64,000 bases of DNA from Ostrea edulis (taxonomy: Eukaryota). This document shows positions 1-10,083 of the stretch, one piece after another. The DNA lies in NCBI RefSeq assembly GCF_947568905.1, contig NC_079170.1, forward strand, positions 36,208,001 to 36,272,000, written 5' to 3'. Numbering within the stretch: the stretch's first letter is position 1; each line of letters opens with the position of its first letter. The translations under genes were made by a program, and so were the position numbers. Below the pieces are notes generated by a model that saw only the letters and a program-made list of their open reading frames with translations, ran no database searches and was not told where the DNA came from.

Positions 1-204
1 CTGTAAAAAGAAAACTAGAAAAGATATAGTTGTAAAATAAATTGTTGTATAACCTATAAATCCTAGAGCATCAACTGTAAAAGTCTCATTTATTTTGGCG
101 AAAGGGCCAATTTTAGTACTTTGTGGCTCTAGTTCTTTATTTCATAATAAATGAAATAGCTTAAAAGGCTAACAAAGAATTTAACTTGAATAACTTTCAT
201 GTTT

Positions 205-445
205 CTTTTTTTCAAATGAAGGGTCAGGCCCCCTTTAAAGGGGAGATAATCACGAATATGCAAAAATAGAGTGGGGTCTATGGGGACAATCTTTAAAAAT
301 CTTCTCAGGAACCACTGGGCCAATAAAGTTCAAATTTACTTGAAGCTTCCTGATATAAAGTAGATCCAACTTTGTTAAAATGATGGTTCCTGGGGATAGG
401 TGGGTCCACAGTAGGAGATCAAAATGTTATATGGAAAAATCTTAA
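205..445. repeat. Fragment of a non-autonomous interspersed repeat of a type I recall as common in oyster genomes
   Basis: Motifs AAATGAAGGG..GGGGAGATAAT..AAAAATCTTCTCAGGAACCACTGGGCCA..ATGATGGTTCCTGGGGATAGG recognised from memory; family not assigned. Confidence 0.45.
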
Positions 446-560
446 AATTGTCTCTTGGACTATCTAAGCTTGGGCTTCCATATTTTGTCATCTTCACAAG
501 TCAAGGGTTATTAATTCGTTACCTCGAAGCATAAAATGCGTCGTGAATGTCTTACAACAG

Positions 561-1507
561 ATGACGTCATCTCTACTCCCTCCCTAAATGTGACCAGGCC
601 CTGGAGAGCTTTAATGACTCTACCAGAGGAGACAATCCTGGAAATGCTAGTAAAGGTCACCAATTTAGAGTATGATTTGGAAGAAATGACAAAGGTGATT
701 TTGTTTATATAAAAAAGGATATATATAGAATGATGTAATATATATAATCATCTGACATCCAGTTAGATTAAGAGATTCATAGGTTACTTTTCCCCCCAAA
801 TCTTTCCAAATCACAGGAGGCTGAATATCTAAAGGGGACAAGGAACATCCAGGTGGCTGTATGCAAACTTTCAAAAATGCCCTGGGAGAAGACTTTGAAT
901 AAGTTTTGGACTAATGAGGATGAGGCAGAGGAAGAGCTCAGGCAGTTTATAGGGTATGTTGACGAAACTTTTGCAGGAATATTATAATGGAATTAGTTCT
1001 CTATCTTTTCCTTGTTTCTAAGAGCAATCAATGAGATATCTATTTCATGTGAAATGTAGCTTTATGTATATGAAACATCTATGATATGGACGTATGTATA
1101 TAATGTTAATGTCAATGATATCGACATGTCATTCACCCTTAATATACTTCCAAGATTTACAACAGCATCTGCATATGCTATATGTTGTTGTCTACAGGTT
1201 CATATGTATAAGTCATATGATAGTTCCAGTGAGGCGAAGCAATTTCATATCATATCATATTTTACAAAGATGTGAAATGAGATGTCCTTGGAGAGAGGCT
1301 GCGACAATTCACGGAGAGCAAAGAAAAATACCCAGGGTAGAAATCAACACCCATGGTTTTCCAGGTGGAACCCCTGGCATTTTTGAAGGCCGGGAGAGTG
1401 GAAAACACTGTCGACATAACAGTTTTTAATGAGGAAATGGTAAGTAAGATGGAACATATAATCATCATATAATGATATTGTTAACGTCTAAAAAAAAAAA
1501 AAAAAGC

Positions 1508-1569
<62 letters not shown>

Positions 1570-2461
1570 GAATTGAGTCAATGTAGTCTGATTGGCAAGC
1601 ATTACTCCGCGTATGTGTGGATCTTCCTTCTCTGAAGGAGGACCACACATTCATAATTTCCACTTCATGGAGCGGAGTCAGCGACACGAAAAAGGCCATG
1701 GAACTAATGTACCCCAACAAAGGCACAACCGTTGTTGTATATTACAACAAAAAGAGTAAGTTCAAAATTAAGAAATAAAACTTTTAATAAGTTTTAACGC
1801 AAGTTTATCTAAGCTTTCAAGTTTTCACATTATTGTAAAGCAAAATATTTTGTTTCAGGTAACTGCATCCAGCCCTTTGTGTGTCTTTCTTCTAGCAAGA
1901 GTAAGGTCAAAACTTTGACAACATTTGTAGAAGGGCCCACAAAGACAGCCTTCTTCGAAAAGTTATTTTCCCAGGTCAACAAAAAGGGAAATATTCTTGT
2001 TCTGCACTGTGGAAAAGGTAAAGTATATCTTGTATGTAGTATATATTTTAAACTGTTTATGCTATTGATTGCTAATGCATTGTTTGGTGCTCTATATTCA
2101 TAATGTGCTAATTATTTATTAATTTGTGTTAAACTTTGGATCCTTAAGACAGTATATGATCAACACCTTTGAACAATTGTTGGTTTTTTTCTAGACATAT
2201 ACATATTTGGTATGATTGTGGTCTTGGCCACCTGATCAGCAATGCAAAGGATCCTGTGAGGGATTTCCAATTCACCGTGGAATTTTCTGATTTACTTAAT
2301 TACATATTGGTATGCTAAGTTCTAGATATTGCTAGGCAATTGATCAACATCAATATTTTGCAGGAGAAGCCCTACAAGCAGGACTGAAGAAGGGCTTCAA
2401 TGTTGTTGGAGTAGATGGCAAAAATGACATGATCAGATCCTGCAACAGACTTCTTTATTAG
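561..2461 (+). pseudogene. Multi-exon gene or pseudogene encoding a DNA amino-methyltransferase (N6/N4, beta-class)-like protein; probably 5'-incomplete
   Basis: Hand-spliced AG/GT exons: 561-694 (DDVISTPSLNVTRPWRALMTLPEETILEMLVKVTNLEYDLEEMTK), 817-953 (EAEYLKGTRNIQVAVCKLSKMPWEKTLNKFWTNEDEAEEELRQFIG), ~1270-1439 (..PMVFQVEPLAFLKAGRVENTVDITVFNEEM), 1570-1755 (..SDWQALLRVCVDLPSLKEDHTFIISTSWSGVSDTKKAMELMYPNKGTTVVVYYNKK), 1859-2017 (SNCIQPFVCLSSSKSKVKTLTTFVEGPTKTAFFEKLFSQVNKKGNILVLHCGK), 2364-2461 (GEALQAGLKKGFNVVGVDGKNDMIRSCNRLLY*). Phases match for 694/817, 1755/1859 and 2017/2364; 953/1270 does not match. In-frame stops at 1278, 1338 and 1584. Confidence 0.65.
1510..1565. repeat. (AT)n microsatellite in an intron of the MTase-like gene
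   Basis: About 27 uninterrupted AT units, preceded by a poly-A run at ~1490-1505. Confidence 0.97.
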
Positions 2462-2944
2462 ATTAAATTATAAAATATTGATTTGCAACCGAAAAGAATT
2501 GATTGAAACGTGTATCAGTCTTTCTTTTTTGTTTTCTTTTTCATGAGCCAATAAAGTTTAGTCATCTCATTGATGATAAAACAAGGAAATCTATGAAATG
2601 GTAAAGTAAATTGACTGTTTTGCCTCTAGATAATTGGCCATACATTGCTTGAATTGACTGTACATAGATAGACATTGAAAGCCTGCATTGAATCTGGAAA
2701 AAAAGTCGTCTCATGCCTGCATTGGTGTAACACGTAACATCATTCAAGCCCTGCGTTGGCTCTACAAAAATTGCTTCAAATGAGTCCGGCAAACGGTCAT
2801 CAACAGCCTACATCATCTCTACATAATAAGTTTAGTCGAGACATGCAGTGACTCTGTATAATTACATATGGATCCTGAGATAGCCACTTCGCATTCCACA
2901 GTACATATCTGGATCATGCAGTGTTCTGATTCATTTGTAACAGA

Positions 2945-3650
2945 GTAGTCCAATGCCTGCATTGGCTCTTGAGAGAGTGGTCCAATGCCTGCATTGGCTC
3001 TTGAGAGAGTGGTCCAATGCCTGCATTGGCTCTTGAAAGAGTGGCCCAATGCCTGCATTGGCTCTTGTGTGAGTGATCCAATGCCTGCATTGGCTCTTGA
3101 AAGAGTGGCCCAATGCCTGCATTGGCTCTTGAGAGAGTGGCCCAATGCCTGCATTGTCTCTAGAGAGAGTGATCCAATGCCTGTATTGGCTCTTGACAGA
3201 GTGGCCCAATGCCTGCATTGGCTCTTGACAGAGTGGCCCAATGCCTGCATTGACTCTTGAGTGAGTGATCCAATGCCTGCATTGGCTCCTGACAGAGTGG
3301 TCCAATGCCTGCATTGACTCTTGAGTGAATGATCCAATGCCTGCATTGGCTATTGAGAGAGTGGTCCAATGCCTGCATTGGCTCTTGACAGAGTGGCCCG
3401 ATGCCTGCATTGGCTCTTGACAGAGTGGCCCAATGCCTGCATTGGCTCTTGAGAGAGTGGCCCAATGCCTGCATTGTCTCTTGAGAAACTGGTTCAATGC
3501 ATGCATTAGCTCATGACAAAAATTATTCCAGTGCCTGCATTGGCCATTGAAAAAGAAACCAATTGCCTTCATTGGCCTTTGAGTGGTCCAATTCTTGCAT
3601 TGACCATTGAGAGTCGGCATTGGCTCTCTCGAGATTAGACCAATGCTAGA
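2945..3650. repeat. 32-bp minisatellite with an internal palindrome (CCAATGC-CT-GCATTGG)
   Basis: CCAATG recurs at 2950+32n through 3462 (17 in-phase units), followed by about 6 decaying units. Consensus CCAATGCCTGCATTGGCTCTTGAGAGAGTGG(C/T). Confidence 0.95.
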
Positions 3651-5349
3651 GCCACACAATGATGATATCTGCTCTACAGATAGTCATGGAATTTCTGCAT
3701 TGGCTTTAAAATGATAATATTCTTGTACATTGTAACCATTTGCGAGAAATACCCATGCAAAGTTTCATTTCGTAATATTGGTTGTTGCATTGTAAACTAA
3801 TTCAATTTCCTCATGTTTATTCATATTATGTGTTAATAATGATTGGATCCAAATACGCAATGACATAGATACCCATTTCAGGCGTATTTATAATTACCGT
3901 AAAAACAAATTGCCAAATGGAGAAAATTTGCAACAAATATAATCGATAGTATGTTTTTGTGAATGGATAGTTTAAACCATATCCTTTGAATCTCGTTACC
4001 AATATGATTATCAACAACTTTTAAAATAAATTAACTCAAATTCATTGATTTTGATACTAAAGCCACCATTTCTTTTCAAATCACCCCAAACATTGATCTT
4101 ATATTAGAAAAAAATAGTTTGGACAAAAAAATTAGTTCAGAGTCCGTTACATGTAACATGTGGATCGCTATCTATGAATTGCTTACATAATTTACTGTGT
4201 CGGATTTAACTGGCGGCAATACTGCATGTTATGGTAAGTCGTATTGTAGTTTAAATCTATTATTTTGAATTCCTTTTTGCCTGACCAGGTCATGCTAATA
4301 TTCAGCCCAAAATTTGAATGTACTGTAAATCAAAGAAAGACTCGCTACCAATGTACGTAAAGTCAAGTTAAATAAAACAGTTATTTCGAATGTTGACAGT
4401 CTAAAGCTGCGTAGTAACAATTTTGTAAAATAAATAAAGCAAAAATTATTCGATATGATATCAGTACCATACAAGAATACTTGCTAAAGCCTGAATATTT
4501 TCCGATATCCCAAAGTGAAAAACGATGCCATGTACATTTTAGTCACTAGGCCTAACAGTTTCGGTAACTTTCGTTTCGTTCAATGATAATGTTTATGATC
4601 ATAATGTAAAACTACCAAAATTGTACAGTTTTTAAGCAATGATGCAATGAAGATGCTTTGTGAACGACTTTAAAAGATGAAAACAACTAGGTATTGAAAA
4701 TGAACATCTATAGCCTAGTAAAAGGGCAAAACAAGCTACAACCGAAAACTATTATTAGGTGAGGGAATTTCCCTTGCTTTAAAAATAAACAACGAACTAA
4801 AATGACCTATACATTACACGAAATAAAAAACGTAGTTTCTTTCTCCATAAGATACTTAAATCAGCCATATTATCTGTAAAATTCAAGTTTACCACCACCA
4901 ACGTATTATAACCGTAATATTTTTCAGCAATCCGGAATATCGTTTTTTGAAAAATAAAAATAGTGCTCCTAGCTCGTCCTAAAATATTTTTGCATTTATG
5001 GTCAATTGAAAAGGTGTATATTATAAAAATACTTCAAATATTTTGGGCGAGGTGAAACCAGTATGGCAAAACCTTTACCAAATAACCAGTTTTTGGTGAA
5101 AAATGACAAAAATACGGTACCATATCCGGTTCTAGTATGTATACAGCTTTAGTTGTGCTCTTATTTTTAAAATCTAACATGTTTTTTAAACCCCGGATTC
5201 TGATACATATTTATAACACCAATACTCCTATTCAACATTTACTTTCATTTTTATATATTTTAAGGGCCATATTTTGGGGTTTGTGAATCAGGTTCTTTGT
5301 TATTCCTCTAACTAAGTTCATATATGATTTTTATAACAGTCGGCAACAA

Positions 5350-5587
5350 AATCCGAATAATATCAAACATCACCAGACAGGCCCTGAATTTAAGCCCATT
5401 AAGTAGACGGGAAGCCACTGGGTCAACCAAGGCAGACATGGCGCAGAAGTGTTGGCGCCGAGGTGAAGTCCACCGGAAGGACTTGGGCCGAGCTGAAAAG
5501 GATCAGCTAGAACCCCGTGCGTTGGAGGAGTGTTGCTACAGCCTTATGTTCCTCGAGGAATCAAGAGGCATAATTCAAGTAAGTCAG
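5350..5587 (+). mobile_element. 3' end of an RTE-clade LINE (degenerate)
   Basis: Frameshifted translation NITRQAL..GQPRQTWRRSVGAEVKSTGRTWAELKRIS*NPVRWRSVATALCSSRNQEA* matches the typical RTE ORF C-terminus; followed by a TCAAGTAAGT tail. Confidence 0.85.
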
Positions 5588-5700
5588 AATGTTGGGTTAT
5601 GTTTAATTTTATTATGCAATTCACAAAATCAATACATAGCTAAACTATTGTCTCCGTACGCGGAGGAAACAAATGAAACAAGATAATTCAGATAATCTAT

Positions 5701-6200
5701 TTTAAGGTAACTCCATACTCGCAGTTTTATCTGATACAAGTTCTAAAAGTGTATTTATTTACAATTATTAGAGTTCAAACTAACAAATTATCAAATAAAA
5801 TATATAGGTCATCCCACTTTTTAAGAATCACCGTCAAAAAATTGCAATTTTCATAAAATGACGATATCAAAGTTTAATAAACACTGGTTATGACGATATA
5901 ATAGCATTCATAACAACTTCATAAAACTGTTTCTTCACAAAAATATATACAAGTTGTCTGTAAGAAATAAAGAAAGACTATCGCATAATAGACTTGATAG
6001 AGAAATCAATAAAAGCAGAGTTATTGCCCTTGGATTCAATATTTTGAAACTTATCATTGGTTATACATCTATGACTTTTGAAATATCTTATTTTCAATAA
6101 GATTTTTTTTACAATAACTATCGAATAAGACTCCAACAAAAGGTACGTTCCAATCATGCATAAATCTAAATAAATCATTGATTTTACAAATTCTAATGAC
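5701..6200 (+). mobile_element. TTAA-flanked non-autonomous DNA transposon end (Kolobok-like terminus), copy 1
   Basis: Starts TTAA|GGTAACTCCATACTCGCA..TTTATCTGATA. The same end occurs inverted at ~18780-18843, and internal segment 5955-6195 matches 17625-17895 in reverse. Only one end was found. Confidence 0.6.
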
Positions 6201-6799
6201 ATCACAGGAGGGTGGAATTATTTTAAGTTATACAGAGTTCTTTCCTTTTGTTTCATTGCCAACTTTAGATAAGACTATAAATCATTTCCTACATCTCCTT
6301 TAAGATTCTTAAAATCCATGTGATATTTTTAAAATTCCCACAGCACTACATTAAATTTCATAAGCCATGTAGGATAGAGCTGGTGACGTCACAACACGAG
6401 TGAACGATTCTAGGATGGGACGTAATTTTACAGCATCAAACAAAATATTTGTTACAGAATATATATTTTTTTTTCTTTTCTTTTAAAAGCGAAATTTCTT
6501 CAGGTCATCAAACAACAAAAACGTCGATGAAATGTTTTATTCTTCAGAGTAGAATATTTTACATTGTAGACTCCAGGTGATATGTAATATACAGACATAA
6601 AACAATCATTTAGAAAATGCCTGTCATATCATTCATGCATGAAAAGTTTATTAAAAGATAATCAGGTCTCTCTGAGTGATTAACTTACATAATGTACTTA
6701 GGCCTAATCGTTTTCGTTTTGTAAAATGAAAATTATTTGGATATGTGTAATGGCAGTTATGACGTTTTTAATACGATGCGAAGGTTTGAGTAATTTTTA

Positions 6800-7760
6800 T
6801 GACATCAAAATTCATTTTCTAATATCAGATATTTTATTTTTTATCAAACAATCTATCAAATGATATCTTATTATCATAATATGAATTTCTGATACCAGAA
6901 AATATGAATATATTGATATGAAATAGTATATTTCTTGAAATAAAAGCGATTTTGTGATCGATCTCTTTTTGAAATATTACAAAATCTTCTGTAATTTGTG
7001 GTATCAGAATTTTCATTTTTTAAATCTCAGAAAATGCTTTGCTCTATCAAAATATCAAAGAATTCGAATGTTTGATACATATATCCAAAGTCATCTTCTT
7101 GTATCAGAAAATGATTCTTTTATGTATCATAAAACATTTTTTTCTGAAAAATCTTTTTTAATTTCTTAAATTCTTGACATCAATTTTTTTTATAACACAA
7201 AATGTGACGCATGGCTTTCTGTTCAAATTGTCATCTTCTTACAGAAATATTCATGCCACCGGAAGTTACAGACAAATTTGCGCTTTGTAATGTTTTAGTT
7301 TTTATTTATTCGTTTTTCTTGAGTTTATGACATAATTGATATGATCAAATATCTCCTTATTATCAAGATAATGTACATTTGATAAAAACATCAATTTTAA
7401 AAAAAAGTATGTGGGAGTATGTGGGGGAATTGTTAAATCCATGGACATAGGAAGCCATTGTTGCTTAAAAATATCAGATAAAAATTAATATCATCAGAAA
7501 ATGAAGTTACAATATCAAAAATCCTTTTTAGAATATCAAGACATCAGATTTTACATTTAAAAAAGCATGTACATGTATTTTCTGGTTACAAAAATAGTTA
7601 GTATATTTTCTAATAGAGAGAACTTATATTTTGATGTCAAAAAACATTTCTTGATATCAAAAGATGCAACAAATTCTGATAACAGAAAATCGATTGTTTT
7701 ATATCAGAAAACCATTCAATGATATAAAATAGATGTCATGTACAAAATGTTATATCAGTG
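6800..7760. repeat. AT-rich region built of degenerate GATATCAGAAAAT-like short motifs (probable non-autonomous element)
   Basis: Many variants of (G/A)TATCAGAAAAT and TGATA(T/C)CA on both strands; no credible ORF. Confidence 0.4.
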
Positions 7761-7812
7761 GAAAAAGAAAAGAAATTAATATTTTCTTATATAAATATGT
7801 ATATATTATTCG

Positions 7813-7905
7813 ATGAAATGCGACGATAACGAACAGTGATCAATCTCATAACCCCTATAAGGAATACAAAATAAGGAATTGGCAAACACGGACCCCTGGA
7901 CACAC
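7813..7905 (-). mobile_element. Penelope-like element 3' module, truncated copy
   Basis: GATAACGAACAGTGATCAATCTCATAAC..GGCAAACACGGACCCCTGGACACAC is the reverse complement of the sequence following the RT at ~39340-39455. Confidence 0.8.
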
Positions 7906-10083
7906 ATTATGTACCAGGGGAGGGATACCAAATTTGATTTGTTGATATCAGAAAATGCTTGAATATACTAGAGACGATGATCCAGCAGATTTTCCTCTAG
8001 GAAGTACAGAAATTTCAGATATAAATCTGTAATAAAACAATTTTGCATGCCAGATGCTGTTTCGCAACTCATACGCATGATTGAACCTACATGTAACGAG
8101 ATGCAGGTATGATTGATATTCAGAATATACAGTTACGAATTGTCATGAATAGCAAATAATGGTATATGTAAAAAATAATTCATTAAATCGAATCTTTAAA
8201 AATATAGGAGAAAAAAATAGAGGTACTCAGAATTCGTTAAAAGGATTCAAGATCACCTTTAGAGTCAAACGTGTTTTCACTTCTTTAGAGTAAGTTCAGG
8301 GATGTTGAAATCTTTGTAATCTTCACATCAAAACTTTATACATAATTCCTTCATAATTTCTGGACATATTCTTTAAGATATGTCTCCTATAATATCAAGT
8401 TAGTTTTTTAGCATTCCGAAAACAAAACAAACCAAAGATCATATAAAAGAACCAAAAGTTTGTATCACTCTTTCGATGGTGAAATCATACTTCATAAGGG
8501 GTGTTTTAAGGAACCATTAAATACAATTTTGGTGTAACTAGCCACTTTAACGTTAGAATTGTTCTTTGTCGAGTCTCGGTGTGAGGCAGTTTGGCAGACC
8601 GTGAGACACTCCTTCTTTTCCAAGTCCCAACCCTAGATACATACACGTGTCTAACGCTCAGTCACGTGTGAATGTACATACAATGTTTGGAGAATTTCGT
8701 TTAATAGTGAAGCCACGGAACACGATAACGTTTACCACCAAAGACAGGGATGTGTAGACGTCTCTGTTTATGATGAGTAGGTAGACTGGGATCTAAAAAG
8801 AAAACAAAGAAACATTAAAATACATGTATCTAAGTATAGAACGAAGAGATGTTACCAGTGATTGTATTCAACACATGCACATACCTGTACAAAGACCACA
8901 GTATTTTCTACAACTGGTGTTTCTGAAATCAGCAAGTCGAACATCGGAACAAACTCCTCTGATTTCGGCACATATGTGTATATTATCACGACATTCATCT
9001 ATTAATGAAAAGTCATATAAATATACATTAAAAGTAACACTATGATACCTGTAAATATCGTAAATGTATGAGAACTAGATCAATATAGCCGATGTTTTCA
9101 TGGACTCCCTCAACAGGAATACTTCCAAAACGTTCTGCATTGCATACGCAGTTGTGTTAAGTAGGGCCATAGAAATATGTCAGGAAAAAAGCATTAATAA
9201 ACAGATCAATTTGTGACAAATTCTGTAAACACAACCCTTTTATACAAAAACAATATATATATATCATTAGGTGCATATTGACCTCTTATACATTTTTCAC
9301 CAGACTGACAGTCTCTACATCAACTCTGTATAACGTGATCAAAATAAAAGATAAAAATGTATCGTGTATGTATAAATCATTGAATTAGCACGATACCCAG
9401 ATATCAATGCAAGTTGAAGTTAATATAACTTCAAAGCACATTAATTTCTTAATTTGAAAAGTACTGAGAGCAAGTTTATTGTGAATTGTAACATGTCTAA
9501 TGTTTGCATTGAATATGCAAGATGCGGCGATTTTTGCACATACGAAGTTGAATCTAGCCTGAAAAACATATCTTCTGTTGAAGCCAGAACTTGCTCCCCT
9601 AACTTACCTTTGGCACTGAAGTTCACATGTCACATAAATCAAACATCTTTCACTTAAAAACCTCGGGGTGTCGTGCCAATGATGAAATTTCTATGTACGA
9701 AAACCCTGTTTATGCAAATGAGTCCATTGTGAAAGTAACTATATATGTGTAGATTAGGGGCGATATCAAGATCACAATATAATATGGATATTACTTTAGC
9801 ATGTATGCTATCTAAAGAACATATTAAACTTTTTCAATATCAAAGAGAATTAATATAACCCATTTGACAGAAACTCTTACGCGATTGCAGTTTACCGTTT
9901 GACAGTGGTGGTAAATAACGAAACAATATTTTGACATTTCCAACCACAAAAGGACTGTAGATATGTACGTCATGACCTTCGTCATGACGTATTTTTCATT
10001 GTGACGTCGTGCAATGTGCCAGTGCGGTAAAGTATATTTATGTACAGCACTGGTATTAAACATTTTATGGGGAAAGCCTTAAC

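Noticed and set aside
2195-2308. Open exon-like stretch HIHIWYDCGLGHLISNAKDPVRDFQFTVEFSDLLNYIL
   Set aside because: Its phases do not fit the flanking exons (2017 and 2364 join directly in phase 1), and including it introduces a stop.
2945-3650. CRISPR-like array (palindromic repeat plus spacer)
   Set aside because: The spacers are only ~16 nt and are variants of one sequence rather than unique; the context is eukaryotic and there are no cas genes.
2819-3659. ORFs of 175, 242, 91 and 104 aa with repetitive sequence
   Set aside because: They are translations of the 32-bp minisatellite. The unit is not a multiple of 3, and ORFs appear in several frames on both strands.
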